From Lingula anatina (lineage: Eukaryota > Animalia > Brachiopoda), in assembly GCA_051362555.1 (NCBI GenBank), contig CM120642.1, positions 12,214,001 through 12,278,000 on the forward strand: a DNA stretch of 64,000 nucleotides. The letters run 5' to 3'. Below are positions 52,646-64,000 of the stretch, one piece after another. How positions within the stretch are numbered: the first letter of the stretch is position 1; every line of letters begins with the position of its first letter. A model generated the notes under the pieces. That model searched no databases. It saw only the letters and a program-made list of their open reading frames with translations, and was not told the origin of the DNA. The position numbers were made by a program, and so were the translations under genes.

Positions 52646-52920
52646 CCATTTTCACTCTGAATTTTCAAATTTGCTTAATGTATTTAGATGTGTGAGCTAC
52701 ATGTATAACGAGATTATCTGAATTGTTAAATGTATTATAGACATTTAAACACTTTAATATGCTTTTAGTTGTAAAAAAAATTGAGTTACTTCTGGCTTTA
52801 TTTTTTTGCCTAAGTCGAAACCAGCCTCTGTTTAATAAAGTAAATGTGCGATTGTCCATTGTATAAAGTTTATGTACATAAACGAAAAATATGGCATGGA
52901 ATTATCGTTAGACGGGACGG

Positions 52921-53079
52921 TGTGACAAGTAGTCCTAAGCATGGAAGTCCAGGGTCCTATATGGTGAGTACAGGCTAGGGTTAGTCGGAGTATTGGGGTT
53001 TCTATATGGGACGAATGTCATCTGCATAACGTAGCTGGGAACGCACTACGGTACTTATCAGGCTTACATTCCTGTCACA
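52921..53079. mobile_element. 159-bp TGT...ACA MITE (Ginger-like)
   Basis: Termini tgtgacaagta / cattcctgtcaca, with flanks ACGG and CCGG (3/4 match, TSD-like). Confidence 0.5.
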
Positions 53080-53623
53080 CCGGGCCTTCAGGCTGAGTAA
53101 GATATAGTCGAATTTCGGCTAATGCAAGATTTTACTTTAGAGGACTAGCCTTCTGAGCTTTCCATATTTTTTGAGAATTAATAAACTAACTGTACATTGT
53201 CGAAATCTTCTTTTTTAGAACTTTCTAATACTAAAAATTTACAAAGTTAAAAGTATCAAAAGTGTACCAGTGTGCTATCAGTTTAAAGCTATATTTTCGG
53301 TCTCCTACAGTCGCTATAGTCATAATACTTTAAGTCGTTATTTGGCGGTTTAAATAAGTTAACCTACCGCATCATTTCAGGGTTTATTTTTCCGTTATTC
53401 TTTTCTAACCACCCCGGCCTCTTGGCACAGCAGTTTATTCGTCACAAATCGATTATAAATGCGCCTTAAATATGCCATAACGCTCAGGTATCTCAATTAA
53501 GTAACGCTCCTAGGAGTCAGGGTGAGCCATTCAAGTTGTATGGGATGCCTTTTTCACATCTGCATTCTAACATATGGAAGAAGTTATCACACTACAACAG
53601 TAGGCAACGGCATTGTTGATTTC

Positions 53624-53714
53624 TTACGCAACGTTTTGTACCGTTTATTACGCTATCCCTTCCTGACGTCACAGAGCTTTCAAGCCCCTGGAAACAAACA
53701 ATAGAGTGACGTCA
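53624..53714 (+). promoter_or_regulatory. Cluster of bZIP sites upstream of the DUF4239-like gene
   Basis: Two perfect CRE palindromes TGACGTCA (53664-53671, 53707-53714) and C/EBP-like TTACGCAA (53624-53631), within ~200 bp of the ATG. Confidence 0.5.
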
Positions 53715-53817
53715 CACCTGGAGACAACCAAAAGCAACCTCAGGGATGGAGACGGCAGGAGACATGGTTTGCAGTTAAACTCAAGAATCTTTTTATATAT
53801 TGGCAGTGTTTTTGATA

Positions 53818-55996
53818 ATGTTTCGCGAAACAATGCTTGGATTCTTGTTGTTTCACCTTGCCGCAGCAAGTTCTACCACTCCGGAGCCTGAGGTTCCAAC
53901 GTGGAAATTGTTCAGCTCTTCGCTTGAGGATAAAATTGTTGCACCAATATCTTGTATTGCCATAATCATCCTAGGTAAGCATAACTGGTTTGATCGTAAC
54001 TCGTTCATCCTGGGTTAATCTCGGTTAGCTTACAAGCAACACTGGTTTAGCTACGCACTGGTAGTGCCGCTGGTTTTCCAAATTCCTACATTTTACATAA
54101 ACCTATGCGTAAGCATATCAAAAATACAACAAGCAAATAACATACTACTATCACTTTCACTATAACTCACAATATGTTTTAAAATTCTGTTTTCAATTTA
54201 GGCATGCTGTACCTCTATCTGAAGACAAAAGCTCTTCATGCCCAAGATAAAACAAAACATACTGAAGCTGATCTCCACCCAGAGCGTGACAGGGACATAG
54301 AAAGTATGAAGAAACTCGGCACAGGAGATTTCGAACCCTTCCTCAATCCCTTCGACGTCGAGGCCGAAACCCGACTAAGATTGTATTCAAACAATGTGCA
54401 GGAACTTTTCACGCTCTCCTTCCCATGTATTTTTGTGGTGGCATGTTCTCCCTTCATGCTTTTGGTGCAGTCTTACATCGTCAGCTATATCTGGGATGAT
54501 GTGGGAGTCAACTCCAAGTTCGTGAATGCCAACATCCCAATTCGATGCTTTTTAATGCCATCGGGCCTGGTGTACGCCATCATGTTTGGGTTTGTGTTTC
54601 AGTGTGTCACCAGGAAGCAATCGGCAGTCACTGACAGGTTTTTGTACCAGGTGAAACTCCTCTGGCAGATCGTGGCCATGACGACCAAGATCCATCTCTC
54701 AGACACAGACCGTCTAGATGTGGTTATCGCTGTGAAGGATGCCATTGTCCACATGATGGTCCGTATTGTCGACCGTCCTGTGGAGAAGTACGTGAATCCG
54801 CCACCGGAGCATCTGACAGGTATCTTTACCGATACAGTATCTGTGATCCATAGTATCCTGACCTAGAAATACATGTAGTTAAAGACGGACTTTCATTAAT
54901 CAATTTCATACTATTACGGTCTAAATATAGCTCAGTTTGTCAACAGACATGAGCACAATTCGACAATTAATGCGTAGCATGTTGTATGATTCATTCTCAT
55001 AATTGTGCGAGAGTCTGAATGAAAAATGTATTTTTCTGTTCCTAAACTCTTAATTTATTTCTGCCCCTATCTCCTGTCATCCAAAACCATGTGTTAGAAT
55101 TATGGACTCTAATGCTTTTCCCTATTTAAAGACTTTTTAAGAAATGAACATAACATATTTCAGACAGCCTGTACGCCATTCTTGATAAGATTCGGGAGGT
55201 CGACTTAACCGACAAGTCCGCCATGGTTGATACCACGATGATGCACAAGATCAGCAGCATTATTGTGGAGCTCATTGGGAGTGACTACGACAACTTCAAC
55301 ATCTTCCACGCTCGCACACACATCCTCCAGTCAGTATTGGTTAAATACAAAATTATGAAATACGTGCTAATCTATTAAATTTTTTAAAACTGTGTTCGCT
55401 AGACAGCAAAAAATATTGATTTTCATAAAACGCACGTGGCCGAAGATAAAAACTTATATGGCATTTAATATTATTCTCCCGTTATGATAAATTAAGCTAA
55501 AATTTGTGGCACAATTTGTTTATCATATTTAGTATGGAATTATACTTTCAATATTACGATTTTTCTCAAAATCTTGGAAATTAATTTAAATAGGGCATAT
55601 GTGTAATAACTACTGTTTCTTTGCAGATGGTTCATCCTGGAGTTTCTGGGTCTGTCTGCGTACTTTGGCATCTTGCTGATTGACGGCAAATCATACATCT
55701 TCGAGCTGGTCGTGTCCTACATCACAGTAATCTCTATCTCCATGTTGTGCTACATTGTCGCTGATCTAGACGCCCCCTTCAGTGGCTTCTTCACAATCGA
55801 CATCAAGCCTCTGTTTGACATTCTGAGGCGCGCAGAACAGGTGTACAACGACACGTGCGCCAGTGCCTCACAGGCGAGGAGAGAGAAGTATTTGAAGGCA
55901 CAGAGCGCCCCCAAGAGCCGACCCCAGGCGATCCCACGCAAAACCCGCCCAAAGACCGTGGGTACAGAAGATGTATTTTTTGACCTAATGTCGTGA
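53818..55996 (+). CDS. Multi-pass membrane protein, DUF4239 (bestrophin-like) resemblance, ~436 aa
   Basis: Exons 53818-53974, 54202-54819, 55164-55329, 55627-55996 are in phase with GT-AG introns. Has a signal-peptide-like N-terminus and several hydrophobic helices. Motifs GLVYAIMFGFVF and IVADLDAPFSGFFTID were recognised by eye as DUF4239-like. Confidence 0.75.
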
Positions 55997-57146
55997 GAGA
56001 TGGGCAAGACAGATGGCTAGAAAGAACGAAACTGCACTCCTACGATAACTTTTAGTTACTTTTGATACATTTAACTGAAGAAATCTTCCTAAAAATTTGA
56101 TAGTAGCCAACCGTTAAAAATCCAAAGTATTTAACTTTATTCCAGTATTTTCAAATTTGACTTTTCACTACCACTCACCACTCGTTGAGTAGTTTAAATT
56201 AATCTTGCTCGAAATTTTGGAGTCCCAGAATAAAATGTATAGAATAAGCCATTTGCGTTACTCATTTATTCATCAGAAAGCCTAAAGGGGACGCAAAAGC
56301 AATATTGAATATGGTGAAAAAAGATAGAATCAACCCATAAATTACTAGTTTGATAATTATAATAGAAGACAGTAACTACATGTACATGTATCTTATATCT
56401 TTTGTTCATTTAAGTCATGTTACAAAAAAAGATACATTGCACACAAGATATGCGAACGGACATAGCTAGCGTGAACAACAACACGCAAAAAACAAGAACA
56501 TGTATATGAGGGTTCGGTGAAAAGTCCACCGTTCAAAAGCACTGTCTACCTACATAATAAAAGCAATTTCCTTTTTACATTCTCTCAATTGTTATCTAAA
56601 TAACCTCTCATTGTCTGAAGCAATTTGACTTGCACAGAAAACAATAAAAATCATTAAAACTGCCCCAGGTCAATAGTGTATTACAATTAACCGTTTATTA
56701 CGAGCTATCAAAATAACAGATAATTATGTGTACGTGCTCAAAACCGTGTATTGAAATGAACAATACGTGCAAGGAATCATCAATTGATATCAAAAGAGAC
56801 AAATACGTTCTGCAGATATAAAAAATCAATGATATTTTTGGGCATTTTGGATTAGAAACCCTGACCGTTTCGACGACTTATTGTGCCCTGAGAACATAGT
56901 AGGTTTAAAGAGACTGTGACGAGGGTGAAGGCCGTTTATACTAACCAGTGCTCGTTAAATATCCGACTGGAATCATACCGGTATTTATTGTACACAGCAT
57001 AATGGTTCGCTTTTGATGATTTTCTTTGATGACCTATTTCCGATGAGGTGCTGGTACATAAAAATGATTGCTAGGATATCGTTGTTTCTCCATATAAAAC
57101 TAAGCGAAACGATCGGTGTACGTATTTATCAGTTGAAGAGGCCATC

Positions 57147-60100
57147 ATGAAGATCGCTTGTTTTACAGTGCCAGGTATATTGTTAGCGACCTTTCCAAAT
57201 GTAATGTTTAAGCTGCAGAAAAAAAGTTTGAATTTAATATTGCTGGTCAATTTCTAGTAGCGAGTGGCATAAGTAAAAATAATAAATAATAACAATATTA
57301 GGCAGGCAGGAAAAGATTTCGATGGTGTCATTTTATTAATTTTGTTGCGCATATTAGGCCACGTTATAAAGTGCATGTGCATGTACGTGCAAAGAAAAAC
57401 AAACGCTCTTCTTTATTTTCAATATAAGAAAAACAAGAGATGTAGTTGGGTGTGGAATGTAAACGACTTTTTTTCAGTTTTAATCCTGTCGATTGGTGTC
57501 CTTGACTTTTCCAAGGTAAGAGCAATTTCATAGCAATTCTTTGTAATTGCATTCTTCACAATTATTTCATTCGTGTTATAGTTTTGTTAAAATAGATGTC
57601 ACAATCTACATAATCAGGATTTAATCTTGTGGCATTGCCTTATATGATATTGCATTTATTTACGAAATCTTACCTTATTGACTGTAGGTGCTAAAATTCC
57701 AAAAAGATACGTTCTATAATTAGAATGATAGAAATACACGATCTAAGTTTCACATTAAATACATCCCTAGCCAATTGCAATCTTGGAACATATAAAATTG
57801 GAATTGCAGGCACAGCAGGGCAGTATTCATGGTATTCCTGAAAGGTTCTTGTTTAAGTGTGAAGGTCGAGAGGATGGGTTATACGCAGATATCGCAAGGA
57901 ATTGTCAGGTGAGGTGCTAAGTATTTTGAATTTAAGGGCATCTTCTTTGTTCCCCTTTGATTAAGTAACCTCTCGTTTCACTTCAAAGCTTCGTATTCAC
58001 TCAAGCTCAAACTTTTATACTGCCTGAACGATGACCAAATATCTATAAGTAGTAGATTTTATTTTCTTCTCCCTTTCTTTCTTTCTTTCTTTCTTCTTCT
58101 GACTTTTTGCAAAGCCGTCCCATGTCTACTTTGTTTGTTTGTTTGTTTATCATTTAGAGTAAAGTGTTAACTTCAGTGACAACGTTTTCTTTGTTTGTTC
58201 CTCTCTGATTGTCCGTTTCAAAATTTTTGTCATGGTAAGAATATTTTAAGAATTGGCCAGTATTACGACCATCTGATTTTGTTTTCAATGATTCTCTAGT
58301 CGTCGCAAATTCTGAGTTAGCTTCCTCCAACCCGTCCCCTCTATTCGACCTCTTCTCCAATGCCTCAATGTTCTTTAAAATCCTCGTGCCAATTTTCGTA
58401 ATCGATGCAAAGAAAACGGCACCAAATATGATAATCCCAACAGAGATGAGGATCAGTTCGGTGGTTAAAGGTCGCACAATAGCGAAGGCAGCCACCAGAG
58501 CCACGGTATCCAACACGTAGATCAAGGCAGCAAGGACAAGGCGGTGGAAGTGACTGCCAATTACCGACCCGAACGGTGCGCCGACAATGACAACCGGCAC
58601 TGTGACGGCTACATATTCCCAGCAGTCAATGGAGACGCCTCCAATGATGACAGCCCTCCAAAACAGTCCAACCACAGTGTTTCCCGCCATCAGGACGATG
58701 GAGGTGGGCGTGGCAGTTTTCTCGCTGACGCGGAACAGAAGGGTGAGGATGCTGAAGCTGCAGATATCGAGCCCACTTCCGGCAAACGACGTAAACATTC
58801 CACCAGCGAAGCCTGTCAGAACCAACACCAAGGCTTTCCAACAGTTAAACGTTGGTATCTTAAGAAAAGTACGTCGCTTGTGGTTTATATTAAGGAAAAA
58901 TAGAGCGAAGGCAAACGTGAACCAGATGCAGACAAATCCCAACTTTTTTTGCGGTGGCGTCAACAGCGGGCTCACGTACTCCAAACCAATAATGATTCCT
59001 GCAGCGCCACCTAGAGAGGAGAAAAGTATGGCGTGCCATTCTAAGTGGATTTGCATGTAGATGATGGTGAAGGCTGCCGCCGGAAGCCCAACAGACTGGA
59101 TGGCCATGGAGAAGTCTCTGGCCACGATGGGGGAGATTTTAAACGCCAGGGTCATCACAGGGAACGCTACGGCCCCTCCAGCCTCACTGGTCATTCCTGG
59201 TAAACAGAAACAGAAAAGCTGGTTTCATGAATGATAACATTCGTCAAAAAAATGGAATAATTCAATCGATCAATTTCACCTAAAAACCTAAACCTGCTCT
59301 TAAAGGCCATACCTACAAACGCTTGGAAGACTCTAGAAGTGATGCCAATACATATAATTACACCAGTCCAACTAGGGCTTTATTTATTTTTTTATTTTGA
59401 TTCATTTGGAAAATTACACTACCTGCAACTAAAGAGCCCAACACCATGGTTATGGTCATGAAGTATTTATCCGTGAAAAGGCCCCAGTAGTTGTATCTGA
59501 TCATAATAGACAGCCACGCAAACATGATGACAGACACTGGGATGGCGAACGCAACGATGCGTCTGTGCTTCACCATGAACTTCTTGTACCACTTTGCATC
59601 CGGAGAGAGACTTCTCAGAGCCTCTTCTTGGGCTGGCAGAAGATGCTGGCCTGGTAAATAAATAAATAAATAAATAAATAAACAATTTATTTTTGGTTGA
59701 ATATGCCTAATATTTTGTTAGGGAAACATGATGTTTTGATTGACATACCAGTACCAAGGGTACTGGTATGTCAGATAAGATAATGGTAGGATAAATATAC
59801 ATGAAGATTGCCCTTTCAAATGAAATGTTCTAAAATTTATCTTCTTTGTCTTCGAAAATTTGATTCAGATTTCCCTTTGCTTTGGAACTCTTCAAATGAT
59901 TGACATATGTTCCTTTACAGTTTACTCCAAATAATTATTATTGTTTTGTTCTTATATAGTTTCTTTAAGTTAGTTTTAAAACTGTATTCGATAATTTTTT
60001 TTAATTTGAGAACAGTGTTACATTTTTTCTACTTTAAACATAATATTGCTTATACCTTCCCAAAAATATTTTTTAAGAAAGACTTTTAAATCAAAAGGGT

Positions 60101-62332
60101 GTTTCCGGACACAGCATCCACGAGTTGATGACGTGTCATCGTCTGCTGTAGACATCAACAAAATGTTCTGAAATATAAACAGACCTTCAGTTATTTCATC
60201 GTCAATATCATCATTAATTGTCTTGTCACCTTTACATATGTACATGTACAGTATGTTACGCATTACTAAAATTGACCCTTTTTCTTAGGGATAACTTAAA
60301 TTCATGTAATATTATATTATTATGACTTAAACCACTTTTTGCTAAAACATACGTATTTAGTCGTTGAAAAAGGACATTTAAATAGCTTTGGATTTTATCG
60401 AATCTTTTGCAACCGACATTTTCCTTCGGCTCTTTGACGTCTGCGGCGATCTGTTCTTCCTCATCCATCGTAGTGTTTTGTGCCTAGATATTTCATACGC
60501 AACCCGGTTTGTTGACCCAGTGCTCCAGGTGTATCTAACAAAAAAATGCAGCATATTAAAGTACAAATGTACATGTGAAAATCAAGACTCGTGAAGGTAC
60601 ACTAACAAAACGGTTATTCATGCATGGATAAAAAATGCATCGAATAACCTAAGTAGTAAATGTGTCTGTAGATTATTCGTTTCGTTCAAAAGATACGCCA
60701 TTCTTGTTATGTTACGTGAATAAAGAACGGGCGTAAGAAGAGAGTTGCCTGAGAATATTAGCACGCATTTTCTTTCATGGTTCAAGCAACTCAAAACAGA
60801 ACATGTGAAATTCTTTTTTCATATATATTGTTTAGACCGAAAAAAAAACGAACATCTTACTTGTCAGAGTTTGGATTGGATCACTATTAGGGCCGTTGTT
60901 GAAAGTGCTTTTATCTTTGTTTGCAATGTAAAATAATGATAAATATCTTTATACCACAAGGTCGTGGCTCAAGTCCTTTAAAAGGTTAAAAGTATAGTGA
61001 ATGGCTACCCTCTAGCATCAATTGTTAGGTCGTCTACTCGATGATGAGCAAGAGGCTTAACACCCGTTCTTAAATCATAGAATTAAAAAACGCGAACACA
61101 AGACGAATTGATAGAAACAAAGCTTCATTTAACCAGGGAATTATATCGGATATAATTCCCTGATTTAACAAAGCGAAAATTCTTTACTCACCCGCTTTTT
61201 TCTCTAGACAGGAAAGGCTAGAGAGTCGGCAAAGATGTGGGTTCGGTTGATCAAACTGTTAAGGGCACGGTGGGTACTACCTCAAAAGCAGCCATTCAGG
61301 CGGTAGCCATGGCAATTTGAAATTGAGTCCGCTAGCGCATGCGGCCTCACCGTGAAATGGCAGAACTAGGGGATGTGGAGTACGTGCTCTTATCGTGTGC
61401 CTTTAGCGTCTCCTAATTCGTCTCAAAGCTCTTGGGCTGGAAACCAACTCAAGACGCCATTCACTCTCATCTCTCCTCTCCGTTACCCTACTTTTTTCCT
61501 AACCCACTGACACCCTACTTACAGTTAGATACAATTAAAGAAAACTAAGGTATCAAACAGGAAATCACTCGTAGCTTGTTAAGTATAATTAAGGATTAAA
61601 CTTTCTGTAATTATACAATTAAAGTAACAGTAGGAAAAAATCAACAAAATGTTTGGGTTTTTTTAGGTTAAAAAATCTTTATATAACTTATACGACAAAA
61701 TTTTTTTCTAAAAATGAATATTAAGAATTTAAGGCAGTAATGTTTTTTCCGTCAAATTTGTCAAAATTACGATTAGATTTCATAACATGGATTTTTTGAA
61801 AGTCTTAGGCCCGATGTTGTTCTAGCGCCATGTGGTCTTATATTGACGTCTGCACTATTCTATTTCCAGTCCATGGAAATCAATATATACATAAAGAGTC
61901 GTGGATAAATTGAAATTGCTGTCTAGTGCCCCACCAAATTGTCTCTTCACAACGATAAGATATAGAAATAAATAAAATAGCTACTGTCTGGTGTTGAGTG
62001 ATGCGCCATGTTTACATATATACACTGAAGCACTATACTTTCGTTGACAAGACAATTACATATAGCAAAGATCTGCAGATCATTCCCTTTGACTTCCAGA
62101 AACAATTAGATAGAGCTATTTCGTATTAAATATATAAAAGTCATTCCTAATGACCTACAGATTAATTAAACGTTAATGTTTATTTCTCCAGGTGTACCGT
62201 ATTTGTATTGGCGGCGAACTTCTGACTTCTGAAGCAGGTTTCGACATGTTTCCTTGTCCACAGGGAACGCTGTTCGACCAAAACACTTTGACCTGTCAGC
62301 ACGCAGCTAATGTGATATGTCCACAGGAGTAA
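57147..62332 (+). CDS. Secreted single-domain chitin-binding type-2 (CBM14/peritrophin-A) protein, 101 aa
   Basis: Exons 57147-57174, 57478-57515, 57810-57908, 62192-62332 (GT-AG, phases 1,0,0) splice to MKIACFTVPVLILSIGVLDFSKAQQGSIHGIPERFLFKCEGREDGLYADIARNCQVYRICIGGELLTSEAGFDMFPCPQGTLFDQNTLTCQHAANVICPQE*. This is a signal peptide plus a six-Cys domain with DGLYAD, CQVYxxC and CPxGTLFDQ..C. Confidence 0.88.
58154..60155 (-). CDS. TauE/SafE-family (sulfite exporter-like) membrane protein, copy 1, at least 456 aa
   Basis: Exons 60155-60056 (MSTADDD...LKKYFWEG), 59650-59423, 59196-58154 are in phase. Motifs GSLVAGMTSEAGGAVAFPVMTL, GFAGGMFTSFAGSGLD, ATPTS, GAPFGS and many TM helices. The true 5' end is uncertain: there is an extra ORF at 60468-60353 and a candidate non-coding exon donor at 61186-61191. 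Confidence 0.85.
61134..61162. mobile_element. 29-bp palindromic TIR-only micro-insertion with 7-bp TSD
   Basis: cagggaattatatc-g-gatataattccctg flanked by ATTTAAC at 61127-61133 and 61163-61169. Confidence 0.75.
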
Positions 62333-62544
62333 TGGGCGGAGTCTCTCGAAATGGTTTTTCAAATCTTATAGATGAAAATATAAGAGATGTGTAATAATAA
62401 TAATAATAACAATAATGTCACCGCAAAGAACAATTTCCCTGTCGTTAATGACTCAAAAACTTGAAGGCTGACACTTTTACAAAATACCCTTTAGATATAA
62501 ATGTTTTATTAGCACGATTAGTGTGTATTAACCATTAGCCTTTA

Positions 62545-62546
<2 letters not shown>

Positions 62547-62582
<36 letters not shown>
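62547..62582. repeat. (TG)n microsatellite
   Basis: Direct reading. Confidence 0.9.
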
Positions 62583-62583
<1 letters not shown>

Positions 62584-62838
62584 TGAATTTTGATAGAAGC
62601 AGGGGCCAAAAATTATGTCCGCTATTTTTCTGAACGTTTCGACTATTTCGTGCATCGTACTGTCAGTCTTGGCTGAACGTCTCCTGTCTTTTTCTAATCC
62701 TTTATGTCCATCTTTTAGTCATTCACCTGTAGAACTTTCACTTTTAGCATGTCAGTAAATTCAAGTTCACAGTTTCGTGTTTTCCTCTTCGTCTGCACTC
62801 CATGTATTAGTTTCCCTTTGCGCGTCCGCTTTTAAAGA

Positions 62839-64000
62839 CTAACTCACATCTATATGAAATATTTCTATTTCGGTTTTGGCATTTTCTGAATCTTCTATTG
62901 TTGTCGAAATATCTGTGCTATTTTCTTTCATCCCAGAATTTCCACGTAATGCATTTGATGCCTCAAATCTCTCTAATATAAGCCCGCCGATTTTGGTAAC
63001 TGAAGCAAAGAAAACGGCGCCAAATATGATAATCCCAACAGAGATGAGGATCAGTTCGGTGGTTAAAGGCCTCACAATAGCGAAGGCAGCCACCAGAGCC
63101 ACGGTATCCAACACGTAGATCAAGGCAGCAAGGACAAGGCGGTGGAAGTGACTGCCAATCACCGACCCGAACGGTGCGCCGACGATGACAACCGGCACTG
63201 TGACGGCCACATATTCCCAGCAGTCAATGGAGACGCCTCCAATGATGACAGCCCTCCAAAACAGTCCAACCACAGTGTTTCCCGCCATCAGGACGATGGA
63301 AGTGGGCGTGGCAGTTTTCTCGCTGACGCGGAACAGAAGGGTGAGGATACTAAAGCTGCAGATATCCAGTCCACTTCCGGCAAACGACGTAAACATCCCA
63401 CCAGCAAAGCCTGTCAGAACCAACACCAAGGCTTTCCAACAGTTAAACATTGGTATCTTAAGAAAAGTACGTCGCTTGTGGTTTATATTAAGGAAAAATA
63501 GAGCAAATGCAAACGTGAACCAGATGCAGACAAATCCCAACTTTTTCTGAGGTGGGGTCAATAGCGGGCTCACGTATTCCAGGCCAATAATGATTCCCAC
63601 AGCGCCCCCAAGAGAGGAGAAAAGTATGGCGTGCCATTCCAAGTGGATTTGCATGTAGATGATGGTGAATGCTGCCGCCGGGAGTCCAACAGACTGGATG
63701 GCCATGGAGAAGTCTCTGGCCACGATGGGGGAGATTTTAAACGCCAAGGTCATCACAGGGAAGGCCACGGCTCCTCCAGCCTCACTGGTCATTCCTGGTA
63801 AACAGAAACAAAAAACTGGTTTCGTGAATGCCTACATTCTTTAAGAAAATGAAAAAATCCATGGAAAAGATAAAGACCAATTCTATCTTGCTACATATTT
63901 ATCAGATATTGCTTACTTTTGAACATTACTGTATTTTTGCACAGCGTCTGGTGTGTGCAACTTTACCTGCAACTAAAGAGCCCAATACCATGGTTATGGT
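62839..64000 (-). CDS. TauE/SafE-family membrane protein, copy 2 (tandem paralog; 5' part beyond the window)
   Basis: Exons 64000-63967 (partial) and 63794-62839 share the intron position of copy 1. The TM core is near-identical in protein (three substitutions seen: A>V, T>M, I>V) and diverges after TKIG. Confidence 0.88.

Noticed and set aside
58544-59060. Plus-strand ORFs of 119 and 157 aa (and their twins at 63142-63550)
   Set aside because: Antisense shadows of the GC-richer TauE exon. Their duplication simply follows the paralogy.
60353-60468. MDEEEQIAADVKEPKEN... as the first coding exon of TauE copy 1
   Set aside because: It has a good donor, but ends in phase 2, which does not fit the downstream acceptors I found (phase 0 or 1). 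Left unresolved.

Overview
AT-rich animal DNA with spliceosomal (GT-AG) introns. The repeat families suggest a mollusc or other marine invertebrate, which is inference only. 1-10364: edge of an almost perfectly homogeneous 362-bp satellite array. 10.4-26 kb: transposon debris, including two decayed DIRS-type retrotransposons, a 34-bp G-rich minisatellite, a Ginger-type element nested in a MITE, an inverted diverged satellite monomer and an L2/CR1 LINE fragment. 27.2-39.7 kb: a complete 15-coding-exon ABCE1 (RLI1) gene whose first coding intron holds nested transposons. 42-64 kb: an unknown ORF, a TNIP2/ABIN-like gene with upstream kappaB-type sites, an RTE fragment, a DUF4239-like membrane protein gene and two tandem TauE/SafE-like transporter genes. 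The best observations are not in the ORF track. First, a 4-exon secreted chitin-binding (CBM14) gene carries the first TauE-like gene antisense inside the intron that splits its domain. Second, the other TauE paralog has a homologous 23-codon tail behind an in-frame TAG. All gene models were read by eye and no database searches were run. I found no convincing wholly new system.
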